Assembly: GCA_051294375.1 (NCBI GenBank)
Contig: JBJCIZ010000489.1
Coordinates: 1 to 22,537, forward strand
Direction: 5' to 3'
Length of the DNA: 22,537 nucleotides
From: Paraspadella gotoi
Taxonomy: Eukaryota; Animalia; Chaetognatha
The notes under the pieces are model-generated. The model saw only the letters and a list, made by a program, of their open reading frames with translations, was not told where the DNA came from and searched no databases. The position numbers were made by a program, and so were the translations under genes. Below, piece after piece: positions 9,870 to 20,128 of the stretch (the first letter of the stretch is position 1; the number at the start of each line of letters is the position of its first letter).

Positions 9870-9990
9870 GCGACGGCTAAGTGTTCTACACCGGCGAGCA
9901 CTGATTCCGTTGCGACGCTAAGTGTTTGACACGGCGAGCATCGAAGCCGTTGTGACGTTAAGTGTTTTTACACGACGGGCACCGGATAGT
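9870..9990 (+). repeat. Three ~40-bp tandem units in the BEL leader (also at ~14787-14905)
   Basis: GCGACGCTAAGTGTT(n)ACACGGCGAGCA...GTT three times, each with a GTGT/ACAC mini-hairpin. Confidence 0.85.
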
Positions 9991-10173
9991 TAAAAATATT
10001 TTTGCTGAACGGACGTACGAACATACCGTGCGACGACCGCAAAAATTTAGCGGGATTAGCTTTTTTCTGCCGACGACGACCGAACATACCGCCGACGACG
10101 GCAAGAAAATCCGTGAGTGGGCTGTTTTTCAAATTTAAAATTTCACGTCGTCACGTTCGTAAAAGTCGTGAAG

Positions 10174-12696
10174 ATGGAGGATCTGGATCGTCTTCTGCCA
10201 ATGGAGATCCAGAGAGGATCACCAAGAGAGGTTTTCGCCTGTGCCGTTGCTGAACTTAGTGAATTGTTGGACATTTTTAACAAACACTACAAATCTACCA
10301 ACAAACGCCTACTGAGACCCAATTAATGCTTACTACTGTTGCACGTCGTAAAACTTTCTGATTTTCTACAAGATTTAATCCGCAGGTTACGCAAGAATTG
10401 CGTCCGGATCTTGCTACTAATCGCGCCCGCATTGTAATAGAAAAGTGCAAAATGCACTTAGAGTTTTGTCCTGTAATTAATTCAAAAGGTTTTCCGTCGT
10501 CGACGCGCGTCGAGAATCCGCCGACGTTGGTGTTGAAAATAAGGATGTTGAGGATAATGTTGAGGAAAACCCTACCCACCCTCCCGTTGTCTCTGTTCCT
10601 GATTCCCGCCTCATCCACCGCCGCCACCCCACCCATGTCACACAATGGGTTGAAAATCCAAACCATCCATTGTCAGTGAGCCCCGTCAAACATTTCCGTA
10701 ACCAATTCTCATCTCCCGTGATGTTCCTGCTCGTCGGGTGAGGACGCCGCTCGCCCGCCGAATCTGTGTTTCAGCCAATTCTGACATATCAAGGGCTTCA
10801 CGAAATATTCAGAGACAAAAACCATTGACCAGGTAAAATAGACAAAAAACTTAGACAAAAGAAAGACGAAATAGGAAATTTTTTGAAAGTTGCCCAACAA
10901 AAAATTGAATTAAAACAGAAACAAGCGGAATTACGTGAGTATGAAATGGATTGTGAGCATGAAAAACTTGAGATTGAACGCGAGTATGAAGGAAAAGAGG
11001 AAAACTTGGTGTAATACCTTTGACAGAGAAAATGGAGGAAGCCGTTCATAGCTGAGCAACCATTAGTACAGCTGATAATCAATCCAGAGTTATGACACCC
11101 ATAGTCACCTCTGCAACAACCTTCTGCTCCACTACCTACTTTTCCTACACTATCGCAGCCTCAACTTCTGCTCCTCCTTTTGTTCCACCTGCTCCTACAT
11201 TACCTCTGCCTCAACCTTCTGCTTCTCTTACTCTTCCCTCAGTTACTCAATCTCCACCGCACCCCAAGTACAACTCCTCAGCTACCACCCATGTCAGCCC
11301 CATCTTTAGTCACCATTTGAAGAGATAATTCCAAAAAACTCATGTAGTTGAACCTTCCATGCCCATTGAGGTGACTCCAGTTCCAATAGTAAAATTCGTA
11401 ATAGTTGGAAATCCATCAGCAGAGGAAGCTTTAGTACAACTCTGTTAAAATCCAAGCTGAACAGCAAGCATTCAACCTTATGGTTCTAAGGAGACCTAAA
11501 CAGAAGTTTACAGGTGATAAAAAAGGTTGATTTTGAGTCCCAACTTCAGCTTTTGAAGCATTATCAAGCCATTACAGGCCATCACAAGTTGAAATGATGT
11601 TAACTGAGATGAAAGAGTACTTTGGAGGAGATGCATTAATTATAATATCACAACACGAAATTACAAAGGATCATGCTAAAGCATTAAAACGAATTAAGAG
11701 GAGCACTTAAAACTGAATTTTGGTCGTAAATGCTCAACCGCGAGGCACATGTTGGATGAATTATTGAAAGGACCAAAACTCCTGGATCGTGATTCCACTG
11801 CGGTTGAGAAACATTCATACTTGAATTAGAGAGGATTTATATCCGTGCAAAGGAAACCAAAAGCGAGATAGGAGTCTACGTCGTCTTAGAAAATCGAGGA
11901 AAGACTTTCAAGGAGATTTTCATTAAAATTGACTTACAATAATTGTCAAAGCCCCTGAGAAAAATTTAGGTAAAAATCAATGTAAAAACACGTCGATTCG
12001 ATTCTGTTACATCTCAAGGCTCCGCATTTTTTTTCTCTTGGACAATTAACCATTCATTTTTACATCAAACCATCAGATTGTCCAAATAGACTGGTAGCTC
12101 GGAAAATATTTTGACGCAATTTTTTATAATATAAAATAACAGGGCATGTTCTCAACTTCCAATACAATTGTCAACGCATTTAAGGTATGTGTCATTTTAC
12201 AATAAACTTCAAACTCTCAGGAATCCGATAGCATATGTCTGAGGGCTCTCAAAATTATTTCTTCACATTTATTTGTATTTTAAGCACGATCACGATCATG
12301 GTAAAGTGAGAATTAGTCCATTTTGGTGAAATTTTTATTTAAAAGTAAAAGTAAAAGAGGAAGCTAAACGATCGGAATTCTAAGAGTTTTCAACCGCGGA
12401 GTCAGCATCGCGAAAAAAAATCTTATATGGGCGAAAAATTCTTCCAAAGACAGGGTGAATTTTCCGAATATTTTGCTGTTATATTTTCTATATTTACTGG
12501 GTCGGATGTTTTTTGAAACCTACAATAGCAAATCTGCCATTAATCTACATTGTCCGGTCAAAGAATATATAAAAAACCTCTGACTTTTTTCGTCAGAGTT
12601 ATAGTCCTAAGGGAGAGCAACATTGTCCACCGAGGAGTTTACCAAAGAAATTTAACTAACAAAATTACCTCACCTTGCACACAACTGGCGCTAAGA
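10174..12696 (+). pseudogene. gag: BEL/Pao gag N-terminal and capsid-like region, frameshifted and interrupted by a MITE
   Basis: MEDLDRLLP start, a coiled-coil-like stretch (QQKIELKQKQAELREYE), a P/S/T-rich linker, then RRPKQKFTGDKKVDF...YFGGDA...LKLNFGRK...LDELLKGPKL...FILELERIY...EILT..LPHLAHNW, which fits the BEL gag pattern. Confidence 0.75.
11869..12609. mobile_element. Non-autonomous hAT-like DNA transposon (MITE), ~740 bp
   Basis: Termini TAGGA...TCCTA, flanked by AAGCGAGA (11861-11868) and (A)AGGGAGA (12609/12610-12616). The uninterrupted site AAAAGGGAGAGCAC is seen in the minus copy at ~12760-12775. Confidence 0.7.
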
Positions 12697-12721
12697 NNNN
12701 NNNNNNNNNNNNNNNNNNNNN

Positions 12722-13226
12722 TAGTTAAAATTTCTTTGTAAACCTCCTCGGTGGAAAATGTGCTCTCCCTTTTGGTTTCCTTTGCACGGATATAAATCCT
12801 CTCTAATTCAAGTATGAATGTTCTCANNNNNNNNNNNNNNNNNNNNNNNNNNNNNNNNNNNNNNNNNNNNNNNNNNNNNNNNNNNNNNNNNNNNNNNNNN
12901 NNNNNNNNNNNNNNNNNNNNNNNNNNNNNNNNNNNNNNNNNNNNNNNNNNNNNNNNNNNNNNNNNNNNNNNNNNNNNNNNNNNNNNNNNNNNNNNNNNNN
13001 NNNNNNNNNNNNNNNNNNNNNNNNNNNNNNNNNNNNNNNNNNNNNNNNNNNNNNNNNNNNNNNNNNNNNNNNNNNNNNNNNNNNNTGCCTGTAATGCTTG
13101 ATAATGCTTCAAAAGCTGAAAGTTGGGACTCAAAATCAACCTTTTTATCACCTGTAAACTTCTGTTTAGGTCTCCTTAGAACCATAAGGTTGAATGCTTG
13201 CTGTTCAGCTTGGATTTTACAGAGTT
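12722..13226 (-). mobile_element. gag: Minus-strand BEL gag fragments between N gaps, lacking the MITE
   Basis: 13086-13226 is the reverse complement of ~11438-11580. 12722-12826 is the reverse complement of ~11805-11868 joined to ~12617-12659. Confidence 0.9.
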
Positions 13227-13326
13227 NNNNNNNNNNNNNNNNNNNNNNNNNNNNNNNNNNNNNNNNNNNNNNNNNNNNNNNNNNNNNNNNNNNNNNNNNN
13301 NNNNNNNNNNNNNNNNNNNNNNNNNN

Positions 13327-13633
13327 GAAATGAGTTTAAATGAAAAAAATATGAGTCACATTGACTTGAATCTTTTTTATTTATTAATTTATGATTACTA
13401 ATTTATGATTACTAATAAATGTTTTAATTAATTAATTAATGTGAAAAAATGATGCAATTTAAAAAAATCCTAAAAGCATAAGGATCGCCGCAATTGCAAA
13501 GAGAGAGAGAGAGAGAGAGAGAAAGAAAGAGAGCAGAAAAATGAGCATAAGGATCGTCGCAATTGCAAAGAGAGAAAGAGAGAGAGAGAGAGAAAAAGCA
13601 GAAAAATGAGCATTAGGATCGTTGCAATTGCAA

Positions 13634-13664
<31 letters not shown>

Positions 13665-13680
13665 AAGAGACAGAGTCCGA
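13327..13680 (+). mobile_element. HINE family 1 internal fragment with three tandem GCATAAGGATCGTCGCAATTGC-(GA)n units
   Basis: Matches ~21558-21620 and ~21710-21800 of the full copy. Confidence 0.7.
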
Positions 13681-14213
13681 GATAAAAATTAGCGAATAAA
13701 AAAGTTGTTATTTTACTCACTGAATAAAAATACTTAAAATACTTACAAAATACATAAAATTGATAAAATTATTATTCCGATAACATTGTTTAATCATATG
13801 CAATATATCTAGTAAGGCGGGCCAAAATTGAACACTTTTTATAACTTCTCGTTCTCCCAAAAAAATTTCTTTTTTTCCTTCTACTACTAAATCGATTTTC
13901 AATGTAACTTTTTGAATTAGTTCATTGGGTTGTTGCACTAGAAGCTTTTAAATATTTATTAAATATATAACAAAATAACAAAAAAAATTTAAAATTTGAT
14001 TTTTTTTAAGAAACGGGTTCTTGTAGAAAGCTTAAAAAGTTAAATGAAAGTTAGTACATAATTTTGTTTTCAATTTGACAATAAATTGTTTAAATAGAAA
14101 AAACCTTAAAAAATCATCATCATCATCATTATTGGCTGCATTTTATTTTTTTAAATTTTTTTCAAATTAATAAAACAAAAAAATTTTAAAAAAGTTGTAT
14201 TAATAAACCTTTA

Positions 14214-14645
14214 TGTACAGATTACGCTGGCAGAGCGGTCTTTATTATAAAACCGGAGCGAACAAATGCTCTTTGCAGATAAACACTGCTCTTAGAAAGA
14301 ATCTTTACCGATATCAGTTCCGATGGTTTTATCAGAGGGAAGCGGCAGCTTGGAATTAATTTTAGAATTGAGAATTTTTATTTCTTTTGGTTTTTTATTA
14401 TAAACTTATACTTTCTTTTGCTGCCTCAGCCTAAAATGCCTACAAATGTAAGAAATGAAATTCAGAATTCTCTCTCTTTTCAGTGAATTTGATAATATTC
14501 TTTGTTTAGGTTGAACTTCTCCTTTCTACTAAAATATAGTAAATAATTTGTTCTACATTCGGGCTTTTAAGGTTTTAGGGCTGCTAGAGGTTAATGACGC
14601 GCAATTTTATCAATATTTGGGCTTATTTGGGCGGCATAAAGAACA
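14214..14645 (+). repeat. BEL/Pao LTR copy 2 (5' LTR)
   Basis: TGTACAG...AAAGAACA, preceded by the TSD. Confidence 0.95.
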
Positions 14646-16420
14646 TTCAACATTTTTAGGCAAAGAACATTCAACATTTAGGCTAATTGATAATAAATTA
14701 GTAATGCGCGAATTAACCCCCGGTTGAGCCTGCACACCAAGCCTGGATGAAATCGAACTGGGTAACATTAAAATTAAATTCAGTTAGCACGCTAAGTGTT
14801 CTACACGGCGAGCACTGATTCCGTTGCGACGCTAAGTGTTTGACACGGCGAGCATCGAAGCCGTTGTGACGTTAAGTGTTTTACACGACGGGCACCGGAT
14901 AGTTAAAAATATTTTTGCTGACGGACGTACGAACATACGTGCGACGACCGCAAAAATTCAGTCGGGATTAGCTTTTTCTGCCGACGGACGACCGAACATA
15001 CCGCCGACGACGCAGAAATCCGTGAGTGGGGTTTTTAAATTAAAATTTCACGTCGTCACGTCGTAAAGTCGTGAAGATGGAGGATCTGGATCGTCTCTGC
15101 CAATTCAGAATCCAGAGAGGATCACCATCATAAGAGAAAACATCGTCTTTTTCCTGGTTGGAGGTGAGACGAGGTTAGCCCAAGTGGATCCCAACAGCGC
15201 TGAAGACATGTTTGGCTGGACTTTAAATGGAGAAAATGAGAACACGGACACAGGAGACCAGATAAATTGCTGCTCTACTTCACCTGAGTTGAGAAACTCT
15301 AATATTTAATAACTACCATGTTCCAACATGATTATATTTTATGAGGTGACGACAGGTATTATTCGAGGTGAGTCACCCATCTGCCAAGATCAGTATGCCA
15401 AACAGCAAGCTGGAAAAGGGTATTAAATTTAACAATGAAACTGGCCATTGTAGTGCTCTGACTCCATGGAAAAAAGGGAGAGAGGAGACGGCCAAAATTT
15501 TAAAAATTCATTTCGGCGACAACAGAAACGCAAAACAAGCAAAAAGTTGTTCGCAGAAATTGGCAAAGATCCTGTTCTAAAAGAAGGAGTTTTGCTCACA
15601 TAGAAAAAGGCTATCAAAGTTAGCCACACAAGGAAAATAGAGTAGAGGAGTTAGAGAGAGTCTTCCTGAGTCCACTACACATTGTACCAGAGCAGTCAAA
15701 CCCAGAAAGTTAAGGGTCTGTCAAGATGCTGCTTCTAAAGTTAAAGGCACATCTTTATATGACTTCCTCATCCCAGGTCCAGATAATCTTACACCACTTT
15801 TGGAATCCTGATGAAGTTTCATCAGAAGAAAATATAAAAGCATTTTTCCCAAAACTAGATAAATGCATAATTTGGGAGGCAGAAAATACTCCACAAATAA
15901 AATGCAATCCGGGAAGCTGGCAATCCACTTCCGGAACAAAAAGGGGAGAACTCCTTATGTGAATAACAATAAACATTACCCTGAACAAACAAACAGGAAG
16001 AACAAACAATGACAACCCTAAAAGACAAGCCGACGGTGAGCAGATCTCCTACCAATCCCGAGAGCGAATCCAAAGAAGACGGCAGTTTTTCGTTCCGGAC
16101 CCAAAGCAGAGCTGACCTGCAATTCCAAGCCTTATTAAATCACAACGGGTGATCGGGACCATCCAACGCGGGGAGAATCGCATTCCAAGGCCCCGAATGA
16201 CGGAAACAAAGGCGAGTTTGGGAGCTGTTGCTGTATCAGGATGGGATTGCCAATTAAAGGGCAGAATCCTTGACCTGGGAGAGTCTAATGACCTGTCGAC
16301 AAAGGGGAGTCTAAAACTGCCATTTTGGAACTAATTAAATCAAGATCAAGATGACGCAGATGAAATGATTTAAATAATACTAAACAGACCCCTCGCCAGA
16401 CGTTAAATTTTTAATTACTC

Positions 16421-16438
16421 AACGAGTGAGTGCGGGAG
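16421..16438 (+). promoter_or_regulatory. Polypurine-tract-like sequence
   Basis: AACGAGTGAGTGCGGGAG directly abuts the 3' LTR. Confidence 0.65.
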
Positions 16439-16871
16439 TGTACAGATTAACGCTGGCAGAGCGGTCTTATTATAAAACCGGAGCGAACAAATGCTCTTTG
16501 CAGATAAACACTGCTCTTAGAAAGAATCTTTACCGATATCAGTTCGCGATGGTTTTATCAGAGGAAGCGGCAGCTTGGAATTAATTTTAGAATTTGAGGA
16601 ATTTTTATTTCTTTTGGTTTTTTATTATAAACTTAACTTCTTTTGCTGCCTCAGCCTAAAATGCCTACAAATGTAAGAAATGAAATTTCAAATTCTCTCT
16701 CTTTTTCAGTGAATTTGATAATAATTCTTTGTTTAGGTTGAACTTCTCCTTTCTACTAAAATATAGTAAATAATTTGTTCTACATTCGGGCTTTTAAGGT
16801 TTTGAGGGCTGCTAGAGGTTAATGACGCGCAATTTTATCATATTTGGGCTTATTTGGGCGGCATAAGAACA
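16439..16871 (+). repeat. BEL/Pao LTR copy 3 (3' LTR)
   Basis: TGTACAG...ATAAGAACA, followed by the TSD. Confidence 0.95.
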
Positions 16872-16984
16872 CTTTATCTAACTTTTAAAGCTCTATCAGA
16901 ATCTATAAAAAAAATTGATAAGCAAAATTTTAAAAATTATTTCATTTTCATATTATTTAATAGTCGCTTAACCATTATTTATTT

Positions 16985-17052
16985 GAAATTAATGTGAAAA
17001 AGTGATGCAAGTTAAAAAAATTTTAAAAGCATAAAGATCGTCGCAATTGCAT

Positions 17053-17093
<41 letters not shown>

Positions 17094-17353
17094 GGAGAGA
17101 GAGAGAGAAGGAGACATAAATAAAATAGAGGATATTTGTTTGTTTTGATAAAATGTAAACAAAACATATTTAATAACTGTCCTAACCAATTTTAAGGACA
17201 TCGATGATGATAAGATGAATATAAATTAAAATTAATTATTACATTTTAAATTAATTAATTATTTAATTAATAGATTAATTATTAATTAATCGATTAATTA
17301 ATTATTAATTAATTATTGTAGGCAGATCCGACATTGTTTGCTCAAACTTGTTT
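16985..17353 (+). mobile_element. HINE family 1, 3' end fragment
   Basis: Colinear with ~21710-22098: (GA)n, an ATTA-rich tract, subTIR GGCAGATCCGAC (17321-17332), hairpin GTTTG-CT-CAAAC, then TTGTTT. Confidence 0.8.
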
Positions 17354-18080
17354 CCAAAATTATTCAATCAATTTTTTTTATTAATTTAAATGTTTTTATG
17401 ATGTTGTTTTTGTTTGAAAGAATTGAAAAAAAGGGGAAAATATAATAATTATATAAGGTTTTTGAAAATACCTAATTAGACACAAGGGGAGTAAGCAGGG
17501 AAAACTTCCCATTCATAAAAAAAATTGAAAATGAATTAGTCATATTGTTATTTAGATTAATTGACTAATTACAAGCTAATGATTCATATAAATTAAGGAA
17601 ATGATGGGTAAAAAATATTCATCTTGGTCTTGGTTAACTATTAAGTTATCGTTAAAGTTTTGTTTTAATAATATAATATTTTTTTTGTATTTATAAAAGC
17701 AATGGTCTAAAATTTTGTAAGCGTTTCGAGCTATATTGCTTCATCTTTTTTACTATTTTTGATCTAGTTAGCTTTTTGGTTGATGGTCAAGGGTTTTGAT
17801 ATCGCACATATTACTAAAAATAACTATCAATTAATTTGGCTCAGAAACAATTTTAAAGGGACAAAATCAGAACGAGACAGTATCATATCTTAATTTTATT
17901 ACAAATTAAAAAATATCTTTTACAAGCTATGATTGAAAAAAATTGTAAAAAATTACAATTGTAAACAATTGTAACATTTCTTTAAATTATATATAGATTT
18001 CTTCCTATTTTTGTCTTTGTTTTCATATTTTTTGTTTTTATTTTTACGAATTATCAAAAAAAAAAATTATAAATTTAAAA

Positions 18081-18255
18081 TAGAGAATTGACAAAGTTTT
18101 TGTTTGCAACGAATTTTATTTATAGTTGAACAGACATGTTTCGACTTGTTTTACAAGCCTTCACCAGCGTTTTGAAGGCTTGTAAAACAAGTCGAAACAT
18201 GTCTGTTCAACTATAAATAAAATTCGTTGCAAACAAAAACTTTGTCAATTCTCTA
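18081..18255. repeat. Perfect palindrome (83-bp arms, 9-bp spacer), probably an inverted Penelope-like element end
   Basis: 18081-18163 is the exact reverse complement of 18173-18255. Each arm carries part of a hammerhead motif followed by AATAAA. Confidence 0.9.
18129..18171 (-). ncRNA. Minimal type I hammerhead ribozyme motif (Penelope-like), variant core
   Basis: AACG-CTGGTGA-A-GGCTTGT-AAA-ACAAGTC-GAAAC-AT-GTC-TGTT: stem I AACG/TGTT, a 7-bp stem II, palindromic ACATGT at stem III, and a GUC site. The core is CUGGUGA rather than CUGANGA. Confidence 0.7.
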
Positions 18256-18499
18256 ATTAATAGTAACAACGAAAAAGAAAGGATTACTTCAAAAATAAAA
18301 ATAAAAATTATTGCTTCTCTTGACATTTGACATTTTTTGTTTTTTACTTTTTCCTGTTTTATGATTTCCAGTCTTTTAAATGTTAGTGTCTTTTGTTTTT
18401 ATGGAATTTTAATACATAGTTTAGTTTTCCAGTCTTTTACACTGTTACTGTTTATGATTATGTCAATACTGTTTGTATTAATAAAAAAAAATTGTCAGT

Positions 18500-18801
18500 T
18501 GCTGCCTTTTTTGAACCCTTTAAAAACGAGTTCAGGCTCTGCAGTGACTGTTCAGCTGCCTTCCAGCGGCTGTCCAGCTTTCTCTCTCTGTCTCTGTCTG
18601 TATCTCTCTGTCTCTCTCTCTCTCTGTCTCTCTGTACGATCTCTTGCGTGATCGTTTTTTGAAAAATTTTGATTATTTTTTTCCTTTTAAAATCTTTTAT
18701 TATCGCCATTTATTCCGCGCTTTTTTCTCAAAGCAAAATCCCAAATTTACATCCCAGATTTTCGTGGATTTATTCTCTTTCTTTCTCTCTCTCTCTTTCT
18801 T

Positions 18802-18833
<32 letters not shown>

Positions 18834-19173
18834 ACTCATACACGCATTTGTTTGTTTTATTTATGATGAATGATTCATTGCGTCAATGAATGACTATCAT
18901 CGTATCAATGAATGAATATCATCACATCAATGAATGACTATCATCGCATCAACCATTTGGTTATTATCACATCAATCATTTGGTTATCATTAATTCATCA
19001 CATCGATCATTTGGTTATCATCGCATCAATTATTGGTTATCATCGCATCAATATTTGGTTATCATTGCATCAATCATTTGGTTATCATCGCATCAATCTT
19101 TTGGTTATCATCGCATCAATATTTGGTTATCATTGAAGGTAGGCTCGATCCTATTCTTTTAAGATTTTTTTTT
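18500..19173 (+). mobile_element. HINE family 2, 3' part (left boundary uncertain)
   Basis: Ends with GGTAGGCTCGAT (19138-19149, the reverse complement of the family's 5' ATCGAGCCTACC), a short hairpin TCTT-TT-AAGA and a T-run. Shares blocks with the minus copy at 19435-19590. Confidence 0.65.
18865..19135. repeat. 22-23-bp minisatellite, about 11-12 units
   Basis: Unit TATCATCGCATCAATCATTTGGT; the left units read TATCATCGCATCAATGAATGAC. Confidence 0.92.
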
Positions 19174-19174
19174 C

Positions 19175-19248
19175 TAATTCGTTGTTCTGACATGATATAA
19201 GTGAATGCCCGACAAGATTGCGGGGGCGGACCGACGGACCGACAAAGT
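19175..19248 (-). mobile_element. HINE family 1 near-5' fragment
   Basis: Reverse complement of 20672-20745 with a few mismatches. Confidence 0.75.
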
Positions 19249-19249
19249 T

Positions 19250-19930
19250 TTCCCGCCAACGAGACGCATTAATAGGTCACTCTCTTTTATATCAGTTATC
19301 CGTTGCCTTGCAACAGCGGCGTGATCTAGGGCAAGTTGATTTTTTTTATACACGTAACGTTTCCATTGCCATCGAAACACGTTATTAGGTCATGTTCTTC
19401 GACATTGTTTACTCGTTGCCCCGCAACGGCTACGAAAAAGCGCGGAATAAATGGTGATAATAAAAGTTTTTAGAAGAGAAAAAATAATCAGAATTTTTAT
19501 AACAAAAATCCACGAAAATCTCGGATGAAAATTTAAGATTTTGTATTGAGAAAAGTAGGACAGACGCTGCAGAGCCAGAACTCGGTTTTAGACAAATCAG
19601 AAGAAGCAGTGACTGAGAAAAAAAGAAAAAGAGAGAGAGAGCGACATATAATTAAAAGAAAGAGAGAGAGAAAGAGACATATAACTAAAAGGTTTTTATT
19701 TTGCAAATAAAACATAAATAAATACGAATATTGATATGAAACATGACAATTTTAAAGATCTTAATGATTAGAAGCCATATATAAATTTTCAACTCCCTAT
19801 GATATCACACTTTCAGAAGCCATGATTGCAAAAAAGCCTGACACCGACGCTGATGACGATGACGTCAAAAAGAAGCTCACCCGAAACAATATCGAGCCTG
19901 AACCGGTTTCGCCGGTAGGCTCGATAAAAA
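19250..19930 (-). mobile_element. HINE family 2, 5' part
   Basis: The minus strand begins TTTTTATCGAGCCTACCGGCGAAACCGGTTCAGGCTCGATATTG (terminal hairpin), followed by GTC-type repeats. The lower boundary is uncertain. Confidence 0.7.
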
Positions 19931-20068
19931 GGCAATCCCCATTATACGGATATTTTTGAGTTTTCTGCTCCTATTTTCTCAGGAGTCAGGAGTGGGGCTC
20001 GCTAAATGCGGCGCCTTGTTTGGTCCATTCTAAAAAGCCTTTCTCCAATTACAGCCTATTCTTGTCGT

Positions 20069-20072
<4 letters not shown>

Positions 20073-20122
<50 letters not shown>
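20073..20122. repeat. (CT)n microsatellite
   Basis: Direct observation. Confidence 0.95.

Positions 20123-20128
<6 letters not shown>

Larger units (their letters stand above)
9316..12696 (+). mobile_element. BEL/Pao element 5' half (LTR, leader, gag), ending at an N gap
   Basis: LTR, then a leader shared with the 14214 copy, then a gag-like frame. Confidence 0.85.
14214..16871 (+). mobile_element. Complete internally deleted (non-autonomous) BEL/Pao element, 2658 bp
   Basis: LTRs at 14214-14645 and 16439-16871, a perfect 5-bp TSD CTTTA (14209-14213 and 16872-16876), and a purine-rich tract before the 3' LTR. 15156-15850 is homologous to the reverse complement of pol ~4785-5520. Confidence 0.95.

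Noticed and set aside
9870-9990. CRISPR-like repeats with hairpins
   Set aside because: Only three units, variable parts of ~10 nt, no cas genes, and located in a eukaryotic retrotransposon leader.
12550-13401. Long ORFs through N runs
   Set aside because: They are open only because of the Ns. The real content is the gag scraps.
18865-19135. CRISPR array or repeat-protein ORFs (18912..19136, 18980..19162)
   Set aside because: Head-to-tail 22-23-bp units with no spacers. The period is not a multiple of three.
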